This document shows positions 37,985 to 46,492 of a stretch of DNA of 64,000 nucleotides, piece after piece. Numbering within the stretch: position 1 is the first letter of the stretch; each line of letters opens with the position of its first letter. Source of the DNA: Micavibrio sp. UBA2400. GTDB lineage: Bacteria; Pseudomonadota; Alphaproteobacteria; UBA2400. Under the pieces are notes generated by a model. That model ran no database searches. It was not told where the DNA came from and was given only the letters and a program-made list of their open reading frames with translations. Where the stretch lies: the NCBI GenBank assembly GCA_002343265.1, contig DDSC01000004.1, positions 1,898 through 65,897 of the forward strand, given 5' to 3'. A program made the position numbers and the translations under genes.

Positions 37985-38395
37985 ATGAGTATTTTACTTG
38001 AAGCCGCGGGTGACGCCGCTATCTGGAGCTCGGGCCGTGGCACTTTGGCTGTCGTTTTCGGCTTGCTGGCCGCCGCTGCAGCTTTTAATAACCCGCTGTG
38101 GAAAGAGCCGGAAACGGCCAAAATTGCGGCCACAGCTGCGCAGATTACGGTTAAAGATGCCAGCGCATGCGCTTGGTTTGGCTGCATGGATGTGAACGCA
38201 TTCAGTCTTTACCAGACCAAGGTCAGAGGCGTGGACAGCACCGGTCGTGAGGTTGAGGTCACCATTTGCCGAACAGCATTCTCCAGTGACAACCAGGTTA
38301 TTCAGCGCAAGAAAGTCACTGATCAGGGTATGAAAAAGCACGAACGCAGCGTCACTCATGTGCGTGTCGTCAACGGTACGGCAGTCCTAAACTAA
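37985..38395 (+). CDS. Hypothetical protein (137 aa)
   Basis: ATG follows a strong SD (aggagg). N-terminal hydrophobic segment. No family recognised. Confidence 0.45.
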   Translation: MSILLEAAGDAAIWSSGRGTLAVVFGLLAAAAAFNNPLWKEPETAKIAATAAQITVKDASACAWFGCMDVNAFSLYQTKVRGVDSTGREVEVTICRTAFSSDNQVIQRKKVTDQGMKKHERSVTHVRVVNGTAVLN

Positions 38396-38402
38396 GCCGC
38401 AC

Positions 38403-38741
38403 TTATAATTTGGGCGCAGTGACTTGGGCTGGCTTTTGCGGCGAGGTTGGCTCAAGCGGCTGGGCAACATAGTCCAAGCTAAGCTGAGCCAGACAGAGCA
38501 TAACGGCAAGATTGGTCACCGAACCCATCATCCAAGGATAAATCCGCGGCGAGACTCTTGCGTCTGGGGTACCGGAATCGGCGGCGTTCATCAGGCTCTC
38601 CGCCAATCGGTCAGAATGCTCTGCAATCTGGCGGCGGGCGGTTCTGTGAAAGGCAAGGGGGACTCGCAGCATAATGTTGCCGAATGCCGTTGTCGCAGAA
38701 AAGCCAGAGCCAAAAGCGCGCGCGTAAGCGGATAAGCCCAT
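38403..38741 (-). CDS. Hypothetical protein (112 aa) downstream of tRNA-Gly
   Basis: ORF co-oriented with the tRNA. Weak coding signal. Confidence 0.25.
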   Translation of the reverse strand: MGLSAYARAFGSGFSATTAFGNIMLRVPLAFHRTARRQIAEHSDRLAESLMNAADSGTPDARVSPRIYPWMMGSVTNLAVMLCLAQLSLDYVAQPLEPTSPQKPAQVTAPKL

Positions 38742-38757
38742 CTACTCCCCCTGTTAT

Positions 38758-38831
38758 TGGAGCGGGTGAGGGGAATCGAACCCCCGTATGCAGCTTGGGA
38801 AGCTGCCGTTCTACCATTGAACTACACCCGC
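38758..38831 (-). tRNA. tRNA-Gly (anticodon CCC)
   Basis: Reverse complement GCGGGTGTAGTTCAATGGTAGAACGGCAGCTTCCCAAGCTGCATACGGGGGTTCGATTCCCCTCACCCGCTCCA folds as a cloverleaf. Acceptor 7 bp, D-arm GTTC/GAAC, anticodon loop TTCCCAA, T-arm GGGGG/CCCCT, CCA encoded. Confidence 0.9.
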
Positions 38832-38958
38832 TTTTCTCGCTGTTATGACCCCGGCGCGGCGGAAAATCAAGATTAACTATTCCTTTCCGGCCCCGGCAGC
38901 GGCATTATTGCGCCGCCTGCCCCCTTGCTGTGGGCATCCACAACCCCATATTACCGCT

Positions 38959-39891
38959 ATGGACACTGCTATGACCCTGCTGCCCGAAGTCCCCGCCCTT
39001 GCTCCGACTCCCTCGACCATCAAGGATATCAGCACCAAAGAGTTTGCGGCCGAGGTGATCAAGGCCAGCCTTGAGCAGCCGGTGCTGGTGGATTTCTGGG
39101 CCCCGTGGTGCGGCCCGTGCAAGCAGCTGGCCCCGGTGCTGGAAAAAGTGGTGGCGGCTACCCGCGGCAAGGTCAAACTGGTCAAACTCAATGTTGATGA
39201 GAACCAGCAACTGGCAGCGCAGCTGGGCATCCAGTCGATCCCGGCGGTATTTGCCTTCTACAAGGGCCAGCCGATCGATGGATTTATGGGCGGACAACCG
39301 GAAAGCGCCCTCAAGGCCTTTATTGATAAGCTTGTCAAACTCAGCGGCGGCGGTGCAGCGGGCGCCGCGCTGGCGCAGATGCTGGAACAAGCCAACACCG
39401 CGCTGGCGCAAATGGATATTGAAACCGCCAACACCCTCTATGCTGATATTCTGGCCACCGACCCCACACATGCCGCGGCCTATGCCGGGCTGATCAAGGT
39501 AGCCCTCGCTGTGGGCCAACCCGACGAAGCCAAAGCAATGCTGAACGAGGCTCCGCCCGAGATAGCGAGTAGCAAAGAGCTTGATGGGGTGCGCGCGCAC
39601 TTGGCGCTGGCTGAGCAAGCCCAGCAAGCCGGGCCGCTGGAGGAGCTGGCCGCAGCCGTAACAGCGCAGCCCGATAACCATGCCAAGCGCTATGATTATG
39701 CGGTTGCCCTGCATGCGGCGGGGCGCAGCGAAGAGGCGATTGACCAGCTCCTTGAGATTATCAAGCGCGAGCGGGGCTGGAATGAAGACGCCGCGCGCAA
39801 ACAGCTGGTCACCATTTTCGAGGCGCTGGGCCTGATGCATGATCTCACCGTTGCCGGGCGCCGCAAGCTCTCAGCTATTCTGTTCACATGA
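38959..39891 (+). CDS. Thioredoxin-domain co-chaperone with C-terminal TPR-like domain (YbbN/CnoX-like)
   Basis: Trx fold with WAPWCGPCK, followed by a helical TPR-like domain. The ORF extends to 38845; the start near 38959-38971 is more likely. Confidence 0.85.
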   Translation: MDTAMTLLPEVPALAPTPSTIKDISTKEFAAEVIKASLEQPVLVDFWAPWCGPCKQLAPVLEKVVAATRGKVKLVKLNVDENQQLAAQLGIQSIPAVFAFYKGQPIDGFMGGQPESALKAFIDKLVKLSGGGAAGAALAQMLEQANTALAQMDIETANTLYADILATDPTHAAAYAGLIKVALAVGQPDEAKAMLNEAPPEIASSKELDGVRAHLALAEQAQQAGPLEELAAAVTAQPDNHAKRYDYAVALHAAGRSEEAIDQLLEIIKRERGWNEDAARKQLVTIFEALGLMHDLTVAGRRKLSAILFT

Positions 39892-40502
39892 GCGCACCTA
39901 AAACCGACACTGACATCCTGCCGATTTTTCCTCTTGCCGGGGCCTTGCTGCTACCCGGCGGGGTGCTGCCGCTCAACATCTTCGAGCCACGTTATCTGGC
40001 CATGACGCAGGATGCCCTGCTGAGCCACCGCCTGATCGGCATGGTGCAGCCCAATGGTGAGACAATGCCCTGTGGTACGCCGTGTGTGCACAAAATTGGC
40101 TGCGCCGGGAAAATCAGTGAAGCGATCCCAACACAAGACGGCCGCTTTTTGATCGAGCTTACCGGAACGCGCCGCTTTGCCATCGAGGAGGAGCTGTCTG
40201 CCCCGCGCGGGTATCGCCGCGTGCAGGTGCGCTGGCTGGACGAGCCAGAGGTGCCGGTCAGGCTGGACCGCGCCCGGTTGATCCCCGCACTGAAAACTTA
40301 TCTGGAAAAACGCAAGCTGGAGTGCGCGTGGGAGAAACTGACCTGTTGTCAGGATGCGAATGTCCTGACCCTGCTGGCCATGCTCTGTCCCTTCACCGCC
40401 GCTGAACAGCAAGCGCTACTGGAAGCGCCCGACGCAGCCCGACGCGCCGATCTTCTGCTGACCCTGATTGAACTGGATGGGGCCGGTGGCCCGCCGAACT
40501 AG
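39888..40502 (+). CDS. LON peptidase N-terminal (substrate-binding) domain protein
   Basis: LPIFPL.GALLLPGGVLPLNIFEPRY is the LON N-domain signature. Start overlaps the ybbN-like stop. Confidence 0.8.
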   Translation: MSAPKTDTDILPIFPLAGALLLPGGVLPLNIFEPRYLAMTQDALLSHRLIGMVQPNGETMPCGTPCVHKIGCAGKISEAIPTQDGRFLIELTGTRRFAIEEELSAPRGYRRVQVRWLDEPEVPVRLDRARLIPALKTYLEKRKLECAWEKLTCCQDANVLTLLAMLCPFTAAEQQALLEAPDAARRADLLLTLIELDGAGGPPN

Positions 40503-40539
40503 GCCTTGCCGCTTGGCGCGGGCATGCTAAGAGCGGAGC

Positions 40540-40716
40540 ATGTCTACCCCCGATCGCAAAATGCTGGAGCTGCTGGTCTGCCCACTCACCAAGGGTCCGC
40601 TGGACTATGATGCGCAGACGCAGGAACTAATATCGCGGCAAGCCAAGCTGGCCTACCCCATCCGCGACGGCGTACCGGTACTGTTAATAGATGAGGCGCG
40701 AGTCATCGAGCCCTGA
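40540..40716 (+). CDS. Trm112/YcaR-family small zinc-ribbon-like protein (58 aa). Not in the supplied ORF track.
   Basis: Translation [58 protein letters not shown] matches the Trm112 (UPF0434) consensus L..L.CP..KG.L.......L.........YPI.DGIP.LL..EA. Confidence 0.75.
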   Translation: MSTPDRKMLELLVCPLTKGPLDYDAQTQELISRQAKLAYPIRDGVPVLLIDEARVIEP

Positions 40717-40804
40717 ATTCTTTATGGTTAATGCACGTTTTCTGGTTGCGTTTGACTTTTGTCTTTTGTTACCGTTACGGCAGATATAGCGAAAGGTGAT
40801 TTAA

Positions 40805-41194
40805 ATGCCTCTTGTCTTGAAATACACAAACATGATTACGCGCGATGGCCAGCCCCGCTATTTCAGCGGCCCCGCAGCCGGATTGGTGGAAACGGATAGG
40901 CTGGTTGCAACCCTTGGGGAAAGTCAGATAACGGCGCGCCAGCTGCTCGTATCGGCCAGCCTGATGCGACGCGCAATACCCAGAACTACAGACATTGATT
41001 GTGCAACCCGTTTCTGCCTGCTCTCTGGCAGTATGGCGATTTTAAGTGCGGCTGTTTTGAAAGCCAACGGGATTCAAACCGAGATCGTCTACGACCTGCC
41101 TCGCCCTCTCAAAGCCTTGCGCAAGGGCCTCAGTAGAATTGCACCGCAGCCCGTGCATAGGCCCTTGCCCCATCGCGGGACTGAGCTAAGCTGA
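40805..41194 (+). CDS. Hypothetical protein (129 aa)
   Basis: Only sizeable ORF in a 500-nt gap with slightly lower GC. Plausible SD aaaggtga. No family recognised. Confidence 0.3.
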   Translation: MPLVLKYTNMITRDGQPRYFSGPAAGLVETDRLVATLGESQITARQLLVSASLMRRAIPRTTDIDCATRFCLLSGSMAILSAAVLKANGIQTEIVYDLPRPLKALRKGLSRIAPQPVHRPLPHRGTELS

Positions 41195-41216
41195 CCTCCG
41201 ATTTCGGAGGAGAGGC

Positions 41217-41921
41217 ATGAACAAAATTTATCCCGACGCCAAGGCCGCACTGGCGGGTGTCCTGAAGGACAATATGACCATCATGGCCGGGGGCTTTGGC
41301 CTGTGCGGCATTCCAGAAACCCTGATTGAGGCTATTCGCGAAAGTGGCGTAAAGGGCCTCACCTTCATTTCCAACAATGCCGGGGTCGATGGTTTTGGCC
41401 TTGGTAAGCTGCTGGAAACCAAGCAGATCAAAAAAATGATCTCGTCCTATGTGGGCGAGAATAAGTTGTTTGAGCAGATGTTTCTCAGCGGTGAGCTGCA
41501 GCTGGAATTCAACCCGCAAGGGACGCTGGCCGAGCGCATTCGTGCCGGTGGCGCAGGGATTCCCGCCTTCTTCACCAAAACCGGCTATGGCACCATTGTC
41601 GCCGACGGTAAAGAGGTGCGTGAGTTTGACGGCGAAATGTATGTCATGGAGCGGGCGCTTAAAGCTGATCTCGCCATTGTGAAGGCGTGGAAGGCCGACC
41701 GCGAGGGTAATCTGGTCTACCGCAAGACCGCACGCAACTTCAACCCGATGATGGCCACGGCCGCCACGCTGTGTGTGGCCGAGGTCGAGCAGATTGTGGA
41801 CACGGGCGCACTGGACCCGGATGCCATCCACACTCCCGGTATCTTCGTCAAGCGCCTGCTGCACGGCGCGCGCTACGAAAAGCGCATCGAACAGCGCACC
41901 ACCCGCAAAAAAGCTGCCTAA
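41217..41921 (+). CDS. scoA: 3-oxoacid CoA-transferase subunit A
   Basis: CoA-transferase family I alpha subunit motifs (...[11 protein letters not shown]..., ...SENG...). Confidence 0.9.
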   Translation: MNKIYPDAKAALAGVLKDNMTIMAGGFGLCGIPETLIEAIRESGVKGLTFISNNAGVDGFGLGKLLETKQIKKMISSYVGENKLFEQMFLSGELQLEFNPQGTLAERIRAGGAGIPAFFTKTGYGTIVADGKEVREFDGEMYVMERALKADLAIVKAWKADREGNLVYRKTARNFNPMMATAATLCVAEVEQIVDTGALDPDAIHTPGIFVKRLLHGARYEKRIEQRTTRKKAA

Positions 41922-41931
41922 GGAGAGCACC

Positions 41932-42585
41932 ATGCCCTGGACCCGTGACCAACTGGCCGAACGCGCCGCCAAGGAGCTGCGCGATGGGTATTATGTCAAT
42001 CTTGGTATCGGCATCCCCACTCTTGTCGCCAACTACATTCCGGCGGGGATGGATGTGACCCTGCAAAGCGAGAACGGCATGCTGGGTATCGGCCCCTTCC
42101 CGTTTGAAGGGGAAGAAGACCCGGACCTCATCAATGCGGGCAAGCAGACCATTACCGCCTTGCCGCGCTCAAGTTATTTCAGCAGCGCCGAGAGCTTTGC
42201 CATGATCCGGGGCGGGCATATCGACCTGTCCATTCTGGGGGCCATGCAGGTTTCCGAATTTGGCGATCTGGCCAACTGGATGGTGCCCGGCAAGATGGTG
42301 AAAGGCATGGGCGGCGCGATGGATCTGGTCGCGGGCGTCAAAAATGTGGTGGTGGTGATGGAACACACCACCAAAGAGGGCGAAAGCAAGTTTCTGCCCA
42401 GCTGTAATCTGCCGCTGACCGGCAAGGGCGTGGTCGACCTGCTGATTACCGATCTGGCCGTTTTCCGCATTGACGCCAAAAGTGGTGCTCAACTTATTGA
42501 GCTGGCACCGGGCGTAACGCTGGAGGAGGTAAGAGCCAAGACGGCGGCCACGTTTACGGTTGCGGCGCAGCTGAAGGCGGCGTAA
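41932..42585 (+). CDS. scoB: 3-oxoacid CoA-transferase subunit B
   Basis: Beta subunit with catalytic-Glu region [12 protein letters not shown] aaggag before ATG 41932. Confidence 0.9.
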   Translation: MPWTRDQLAERAAKELRDGYYVNLGIGIPTLVANYIPAGMDVTLQSENGMLGIGPFPFEGEEDPDLINAGKQTITALPRSSYFSSAESFAMIRGGHIDLSILGAMQVSEFGDLANWMVPGKMVKGMGGAMDLVAGVKNVVVVMEHTTKEGESKFLPSCNLPLTGKGVVDLLITDLAVFRIDAKSGAQLIELAPGVTLEEVRAKTAATFTVAAQLKAA

Positions 42586-43279
42586 CCGGGGTAAGGGCTG
42601 CGTCGGGCTGGGGACGCCGGGCAATCCGGCCAATCAAGCTGGCAAATTGGTCGGCGATTCCAGCCGTATGCTGCTCGTCAGGACCAAGGGGCACCGCGGG
42701 AGTATAGCGGGTAAGAGCAATGCCGTTACCCGCAGGTGCCGTGTCGGCGGACCGCTCATGCTGTTGAGCCCGTTCAACCAGCCGGGTAAATTCTTCGGCA
42801 AACTGCTGTTCTGCGTGCGGCGCTTTTTTGATCTCACCGCCATCAGTGAGATGCCAGCGCACCAGAAACTGCACATCCTGCTGCATCACTTTCAACCGCT
42901 CATACTCGCGCCCGAAGGCCTCGGGGGAGAGGCCATTATTCTCGAGATTGAGGCTGCCATAGCGTTTGCGGTTCAGCGAATCCCCCCAGCTGAACGTGGC
43001 CTGCACTGGTGGGCTTACGGCACCTAATACCAAACTGGCAAGTCCGGCAAAGGCCGAGAGCGGATTCTTGCCGGGCAGGTCGGGAATGACTTTGTCATCT
43101 ACCCGCGTGAGGCGCATCATCGCCAGCTCGGCGGAACTCCCTGCCGCCATTCGTTGTAAATTCGTGCTTTGCATAAGAGCTTCACTGTGCACCATGGCGG
43201 CAGCAATACGCGTATAGCGCTCTAGGCTCGCCGTGGGATGGGCCGGAGAAGCTGAGAGATCAACCGCAGGATCGGGCAT
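42554..43279 (-). CDS. Hypothetical protein (up to 241 aa)
   Basis: Protein-like composition. Convergent with scoB, overlapping it by 32 nt. An internal start is possible. No family recognised. Confidence 0.4.
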   Translation of the reverse strand: MPDPAVDLSASPAHPTASLERYTRIAAAMVHSEALMQSTNLQRMAAGSSAELAMMRLTRVDDKVIPDLPGKNPLSAFAGLASLVLGAVSPPVQATFSWGDSLNRKRYGSLNLENNGLSPEAFGREYERLKVMQQDVQFLVRWHLTDGGEIKKAPHAEQQFAEEFTRLVERAQQHERSADTAPAGNGIALTRYTPAVPLGPDEQHTAGIADQFASLIGRIARRPQPDAALTPVTPPSAAPQP

Positions 43280-43529
43280 GAGCTGAGGTTAACAGAAAGC
43301 TCTGAATAAACCCTGAAATGATTAGCACGAATTTACCTAAAATGCGCACAACCTATTGATATATATTGCTTTTTAGGCGATATGGCTTGCTTTGACAGGG
43401 TGCTTTTCGATATCCTGTAAAAGAGTTGGGACGTTCCCCCTGTTTTGGCCCGGCTCGGTTTTCGGGGTTTGCTTCCCTTTGGGGAGTGGATCCCGACCAG
43501 TCTGCCCCGACTGGCATGGTTTCCTTAAC

Positions 43530-43559
43530 GGCTGCATCTGCGGATGCAGCCGTTTTTTT
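43530..43559 (+). terminator. Rho-independent terminator on the plus strand
   Basis: GGCTGCATC-TGCG-GATGCAGCC (9-bp stem, 4-nt loop) followed by G then T7. On the opposite strand the hairpin lies 8 nt after the cheR stop but lacks a trailing U-tract. Confidence 0.6.
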
Positions 43560-43566
43560 ATGAAGA

Positions 43567-44436
43567 TCAGCGAACGGCGGTCGCGGCTGGCGTTACGCCC
43601 GGCACAGCCGCCGACGTGCTGGCCGCACTGCCATGGACATAGAGTCCGCGCTGGCCATCCATCGGTTTGAAGGCTTGCGTTACGCCCAGCACCGTTTCGG
43701 CCCCGCCCAGATAGAGGATGCCGTCGGGCGGCATCTGGCGGCCAATGCCTTCGAGCACCTTGGCTTTGGTCGCGGGATCGAAATAGATCAGCACATTGCG
43801 GCAAAACACAATATCGAACTGGCCGAGCGCCGTCATCGGCTCCAGCAGATTGAACTGCTGGAACTTGATCTTGCCCTGCATCTGCTTGCTGATCTGCCAC
43901 TTGTCGCCGATCTGGGTGAAGTGCTTGACCAGCATGGTAATGGGCAGACCACGCTGCACCTCGAACTGGGTATAAAGCCCCTGCTTGGCTTTTTCGAGCA
44001 CTTCACGGCACAAATCAGTTGCCACGATCTCGATAGTCCAACCCGGCATCTTGCTGGCTTCTTCATCAAGAATCATTGCCAGCGAATATGGCTCCTGCCC
44101 GTTGGAACAGGCTGCCGACCAGATGCGCAGGCGGCGCGTGGCGGCCCGCGCCTGCAAGAAGCGCGGCAGCACCACCTGACGAAACTGGTCGAAGGGCTTT
44201 TGGTCACGAAAGAAGGATGACTCATTCGTCGTCATCGCATCGGTAATATCAGCCAGCAGAGCCTCATCAGACTTGCTGCGCAGGGCATTGGCCAGTTCGC
44301 CCAGATCCTTGAAGTTCCAGCGGCGGGCCACCGGCATCAGGCGGCTGTCCAGCAGATAGGCCTTTTCCTTGGTCAGTACGAGACCGGAGCGCTGATAGAC
44401 GAATTTGGCAAACAGATCAAAATCTTCAACTCTCAT
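43567..44436 (-). CDS. cheR: Chemotaxis protein methyltransferase CheR
   Basis: CheR N-terminal helical domain plus SAM-MTase domain (...TNESSFFRD..., IWSAACSNGQEPYSLAM). Start MRVEDF overlaps the cheB stop (ATGA). Confidence 0.9.
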   Translation of the reverse strand: MRVEDFDLFAKFVYQRSGLVLTKEKAYLLDSRLMPVARRWNFKDLGELANALRSKSDEALLADITDAMTTNESSFFRDQKPFDQFRQVVLPRFLQARAATRRLRIWSAACSNGQEPYSLAMILDEEASKMPGWTIEIVATDLCREVLEKAKQGLYTQFEVQRGLPITMLVKHFTQIGDKWQISKQMQGKIKFQQFNLLEPMTALGQFDIVFCRNVLIYFDPATKAKVLEGIGRQMPPDGILYLGGAETVLGVTQAFKPMDGQRGLYVHGSAASTSAAVPGVTPAATAVR

Positions 44437-45593
44437 GCCGCCCCCGCTTTCTTGCGCAGGTAAGGCCCAATCTCGGGCAGTGGTAACACGGCAGCACACA
44501 CACCCGCCGTGGCGACTGCCCCCGGCATTCCCCACACCACCGAGGTGGGCTGGTCCTGAGCGACGATCATGCCCCCGCCATTCACGACGATTTCGCTGCC
44601 CTTCAGGCCATCGGCCCCCATCCCGGTCAGGATAGCCACCAGCATACGGTTGGCACCATACATCTCAATCAGGCTGCGCAGCATCGGGTCTACTGCCGGG
44701 CGACAGAAATTCTCCTGCGGCCCGGAGTCAAGCCGCGCCACCACCCCACTGGCTGTCCGGGTAAAGAGCAGATGGAAATCGCCCGGCGCCAGCAGCGCCT
44801 TGCCGGGGGTCAGGACACTGCCGTCCTTGGCCTCTTCACACGGAACCCCGGTCTGACGCGTGATGTGGTCAGCCAGAATGGTGGTAAAAGTCTTGGGCAT
44901 ATGCTGGGTGATGACAATCGGCTGCTTGAGGTTTTTAAGGTGCGGTAGCACGGCGAACAAGGCCTGCGGCCCGCCGGTAGAGGAGCCGATGGCGATCACA
45001 TCCGGTACCAGCGCGGGTGCCGGACGCAAGGTAATCTTGCCCCCTTCATACAGGCGCGATTTGGTAACGATGGGCGGCGCGCTACTTGGCGCACCCGGAC
45101 TGACTGTACGAGCCACAACGCCCGCGGGCAGTGGGCCGACTTTGCCAAGGCGCTGACGCTCGCGCCAGGCACCGTTGCCCAGCTCCCGCACTTTCTCCAG
45201 CAGGTCGCGTTTCCAGTCCGCCGTAGCATCGACCTCACGGGTGGAGGTCGGCTTGCTGACATAATCGGCCGCCCCCAGCGCCATGGCGCGCAGGCTGATC
45301 TCGGCCCCCTGCAAGGTGAGGGTGGACGACATGATAATGCGGGCCCAGGGCTGCGCTTTCATCAGCAGGGGAATGGCGGTCAGGCCATCCATCACCGGCA
45401 TTTCGATATCAAGGATGATGACATCCGCCAGTTCGCGTTGGGCAAAGCTCACGCCGGCCTGCCCGTCCGCCATGGAGCCGACGATGAGGGCCTCGGGAAT
45501 ATCGGTCAGGGCGCGGGTGACAAAGCCGCGGATGACCGCAGAGTCGTCGACAATAAGCACCCGGATCGGGTCGGCAACAGTGGGTTCAGGCAT
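44433..45593 (-). CDS. cheB: Chemotaxis response regulator protein-glutamate methylesterase CheB
   Basis: REC domain (VLIVDDS...D) plus methylesterase domain with the GSSTGGP catalytic Ser and a His/Asp triad. Confidence 0.9.
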   Translation of the reverse strand: MPEPTVADPIRVLIVDDSAVIRGFVTRALTDIPEALIVGSMADGQAGVSFAQRELADVIILDIEMPVMDGLTAIPLLMKAQPWARIIMSSTLTLQGAEISLRAMALGAADYVSKPTSTREVDATADWKRDLLEKVRELGNGAWRERQRLGKVGPLPAGVVARTVSPGAPSSAPPIVTKSRLYEGGKITLRPAPALVPDVIAIGSSTGGPQALFAVLPHLKNLKQPIVITQHMPKTFTTILADHITRQTGVPCEEAKDGSVLTPGKALLAPGDFHLLFTRTASGVVARLDSGPQENFCRPAVDPMLRSLIEMYGANRMLVAILTGMGADGLKGSEIVVNGGGMIVAQDQPTSVVWGMPGAVATAGVCAAVLPLPEIGPYLRKKAGAA

Positions 45594-45602
45594 AGTCCTT
45601 GG

Positions 45603-45971
45603 TTATCCAATCAGGCCGACTTGTGAAAACTTGGTCTGGATGATGTCGCTGTCAAACGGCTTCATGATGTACTCATTGGCCCCAGCCGACAGCGCTTCCT
45701 TGATGTGATTGAGGTCCGCCTCGGTGGTGCAGAACAGAACTTTGGGCTTGTCGCCACCGGGCATCTTGCGCAGCTCGCGCAGAAACTCAATCCCGTTCAT
45801 CACCGGCATGTTCCAGTCGAGGAGAACGGCGTCCGGCATGGCCTTGCTGCAGGCTTCCTGTGCTTTCTTGCCGTCTTCGGCTTCCGTACAGGTGAATTTG
45901 AGATCTTCCAGAATCTTCCGGGCGATCTGCCGCACGACACGGCTGTCATCAACAATCAGACAGGTTGCCAT
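45603..45971 (-). CDS. cheY: Chemotaxis response regulator CheY
   Basis: Single-domain REC (LIVDDS, LLDWNMP phospho-Asp, conserved T and K) within the che operon. Confidence 0.9.
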   Translation of the reverse strand: MATCLIVDDSRVVRQIARKILEDLKFTCTEAEDGKKAQEACSKAMPDAVLLDWNMPVMNGIEFLRELRKMPGGDKPKVLFCTTEADLNHIKEALSAGANEYIMKPFDSDIIQTKFSQVGLIG

Positions 45972-46006
45972 TCTCGTTCCCCTTACCCCATCACGATCAT
46001 CTGCGC

Positions 46007-46492
46007 TCAGGCGGCGGACGCCGCGGAGAGATTCAACAGAGCCGCAATATCAATCACGACCATCAACTGACCTTGTAACCGGTATATCCCACGCGAGACA
46101 TCCCGCCAACGGGGATCCAGTGTCGGTGGATTGGCTTCAAAATCAGCCGCATCCAGCGACATGACTTCGCCCACCTGGTCGATCAGCAGGCTGTACTGCT
46201 CGCCATTAAGATCAACCACGACGCTCATGCCCTTCATCTCAGCCGGGCGCGGCGGCAGACCCAGCCGGGTACGGACATCGATCGCCGTTACGATGCGCCC
46301 ACGCAAATTGAGCGAGCCCGCGACCTCGACCGGGGCCAGCGGAATACGGGTGAGCCGCTGCGGCCCGAGCACATCGCGAACCTGCAGCACCGGAATGCCA
46401 AACAACTGTCCGGCAATCGTCATCGTCACATACCCATTGGCCACCGACGGCTCGGCCGCACTGGCGGCGTGAAGAGGGGTAACATTACTCAT
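46007..46492 (-). CDS. cheW: Chemotaxis coupling protein CheW
   Basis: Single CheW-like domain (...FGIPV..V.......P.....G..NLRG..V..ID...). Confidence 0.9.
   Translation of the reverse strand: MSNVTPLHAASAAEPSVANGYVTMTIAGQLFGIPVLQVRDVLGPQRLTRIPLAPVEVAGSLNLRGRIVTAIDVRTRLGLPPRPAEMKGMSVVVDLNGEQYSLLIDQVGEVMSLDAADFEANPPTLDPRWRDVSRGIYRLQGQLMVVIDIAALLNLSAASAA

Noticed and set aside
38611-38817. 68-aa ORF overlapping tRNA-Gly
   Set aside because: It overlaps a bona fide tRNA gene and is therefore spurious.
43373-43900. 175-aa minus-strand ORF overlapping the cheR 3' region
   Set aside because: Alternative frame of cheR. No SD and a low-complexity product.
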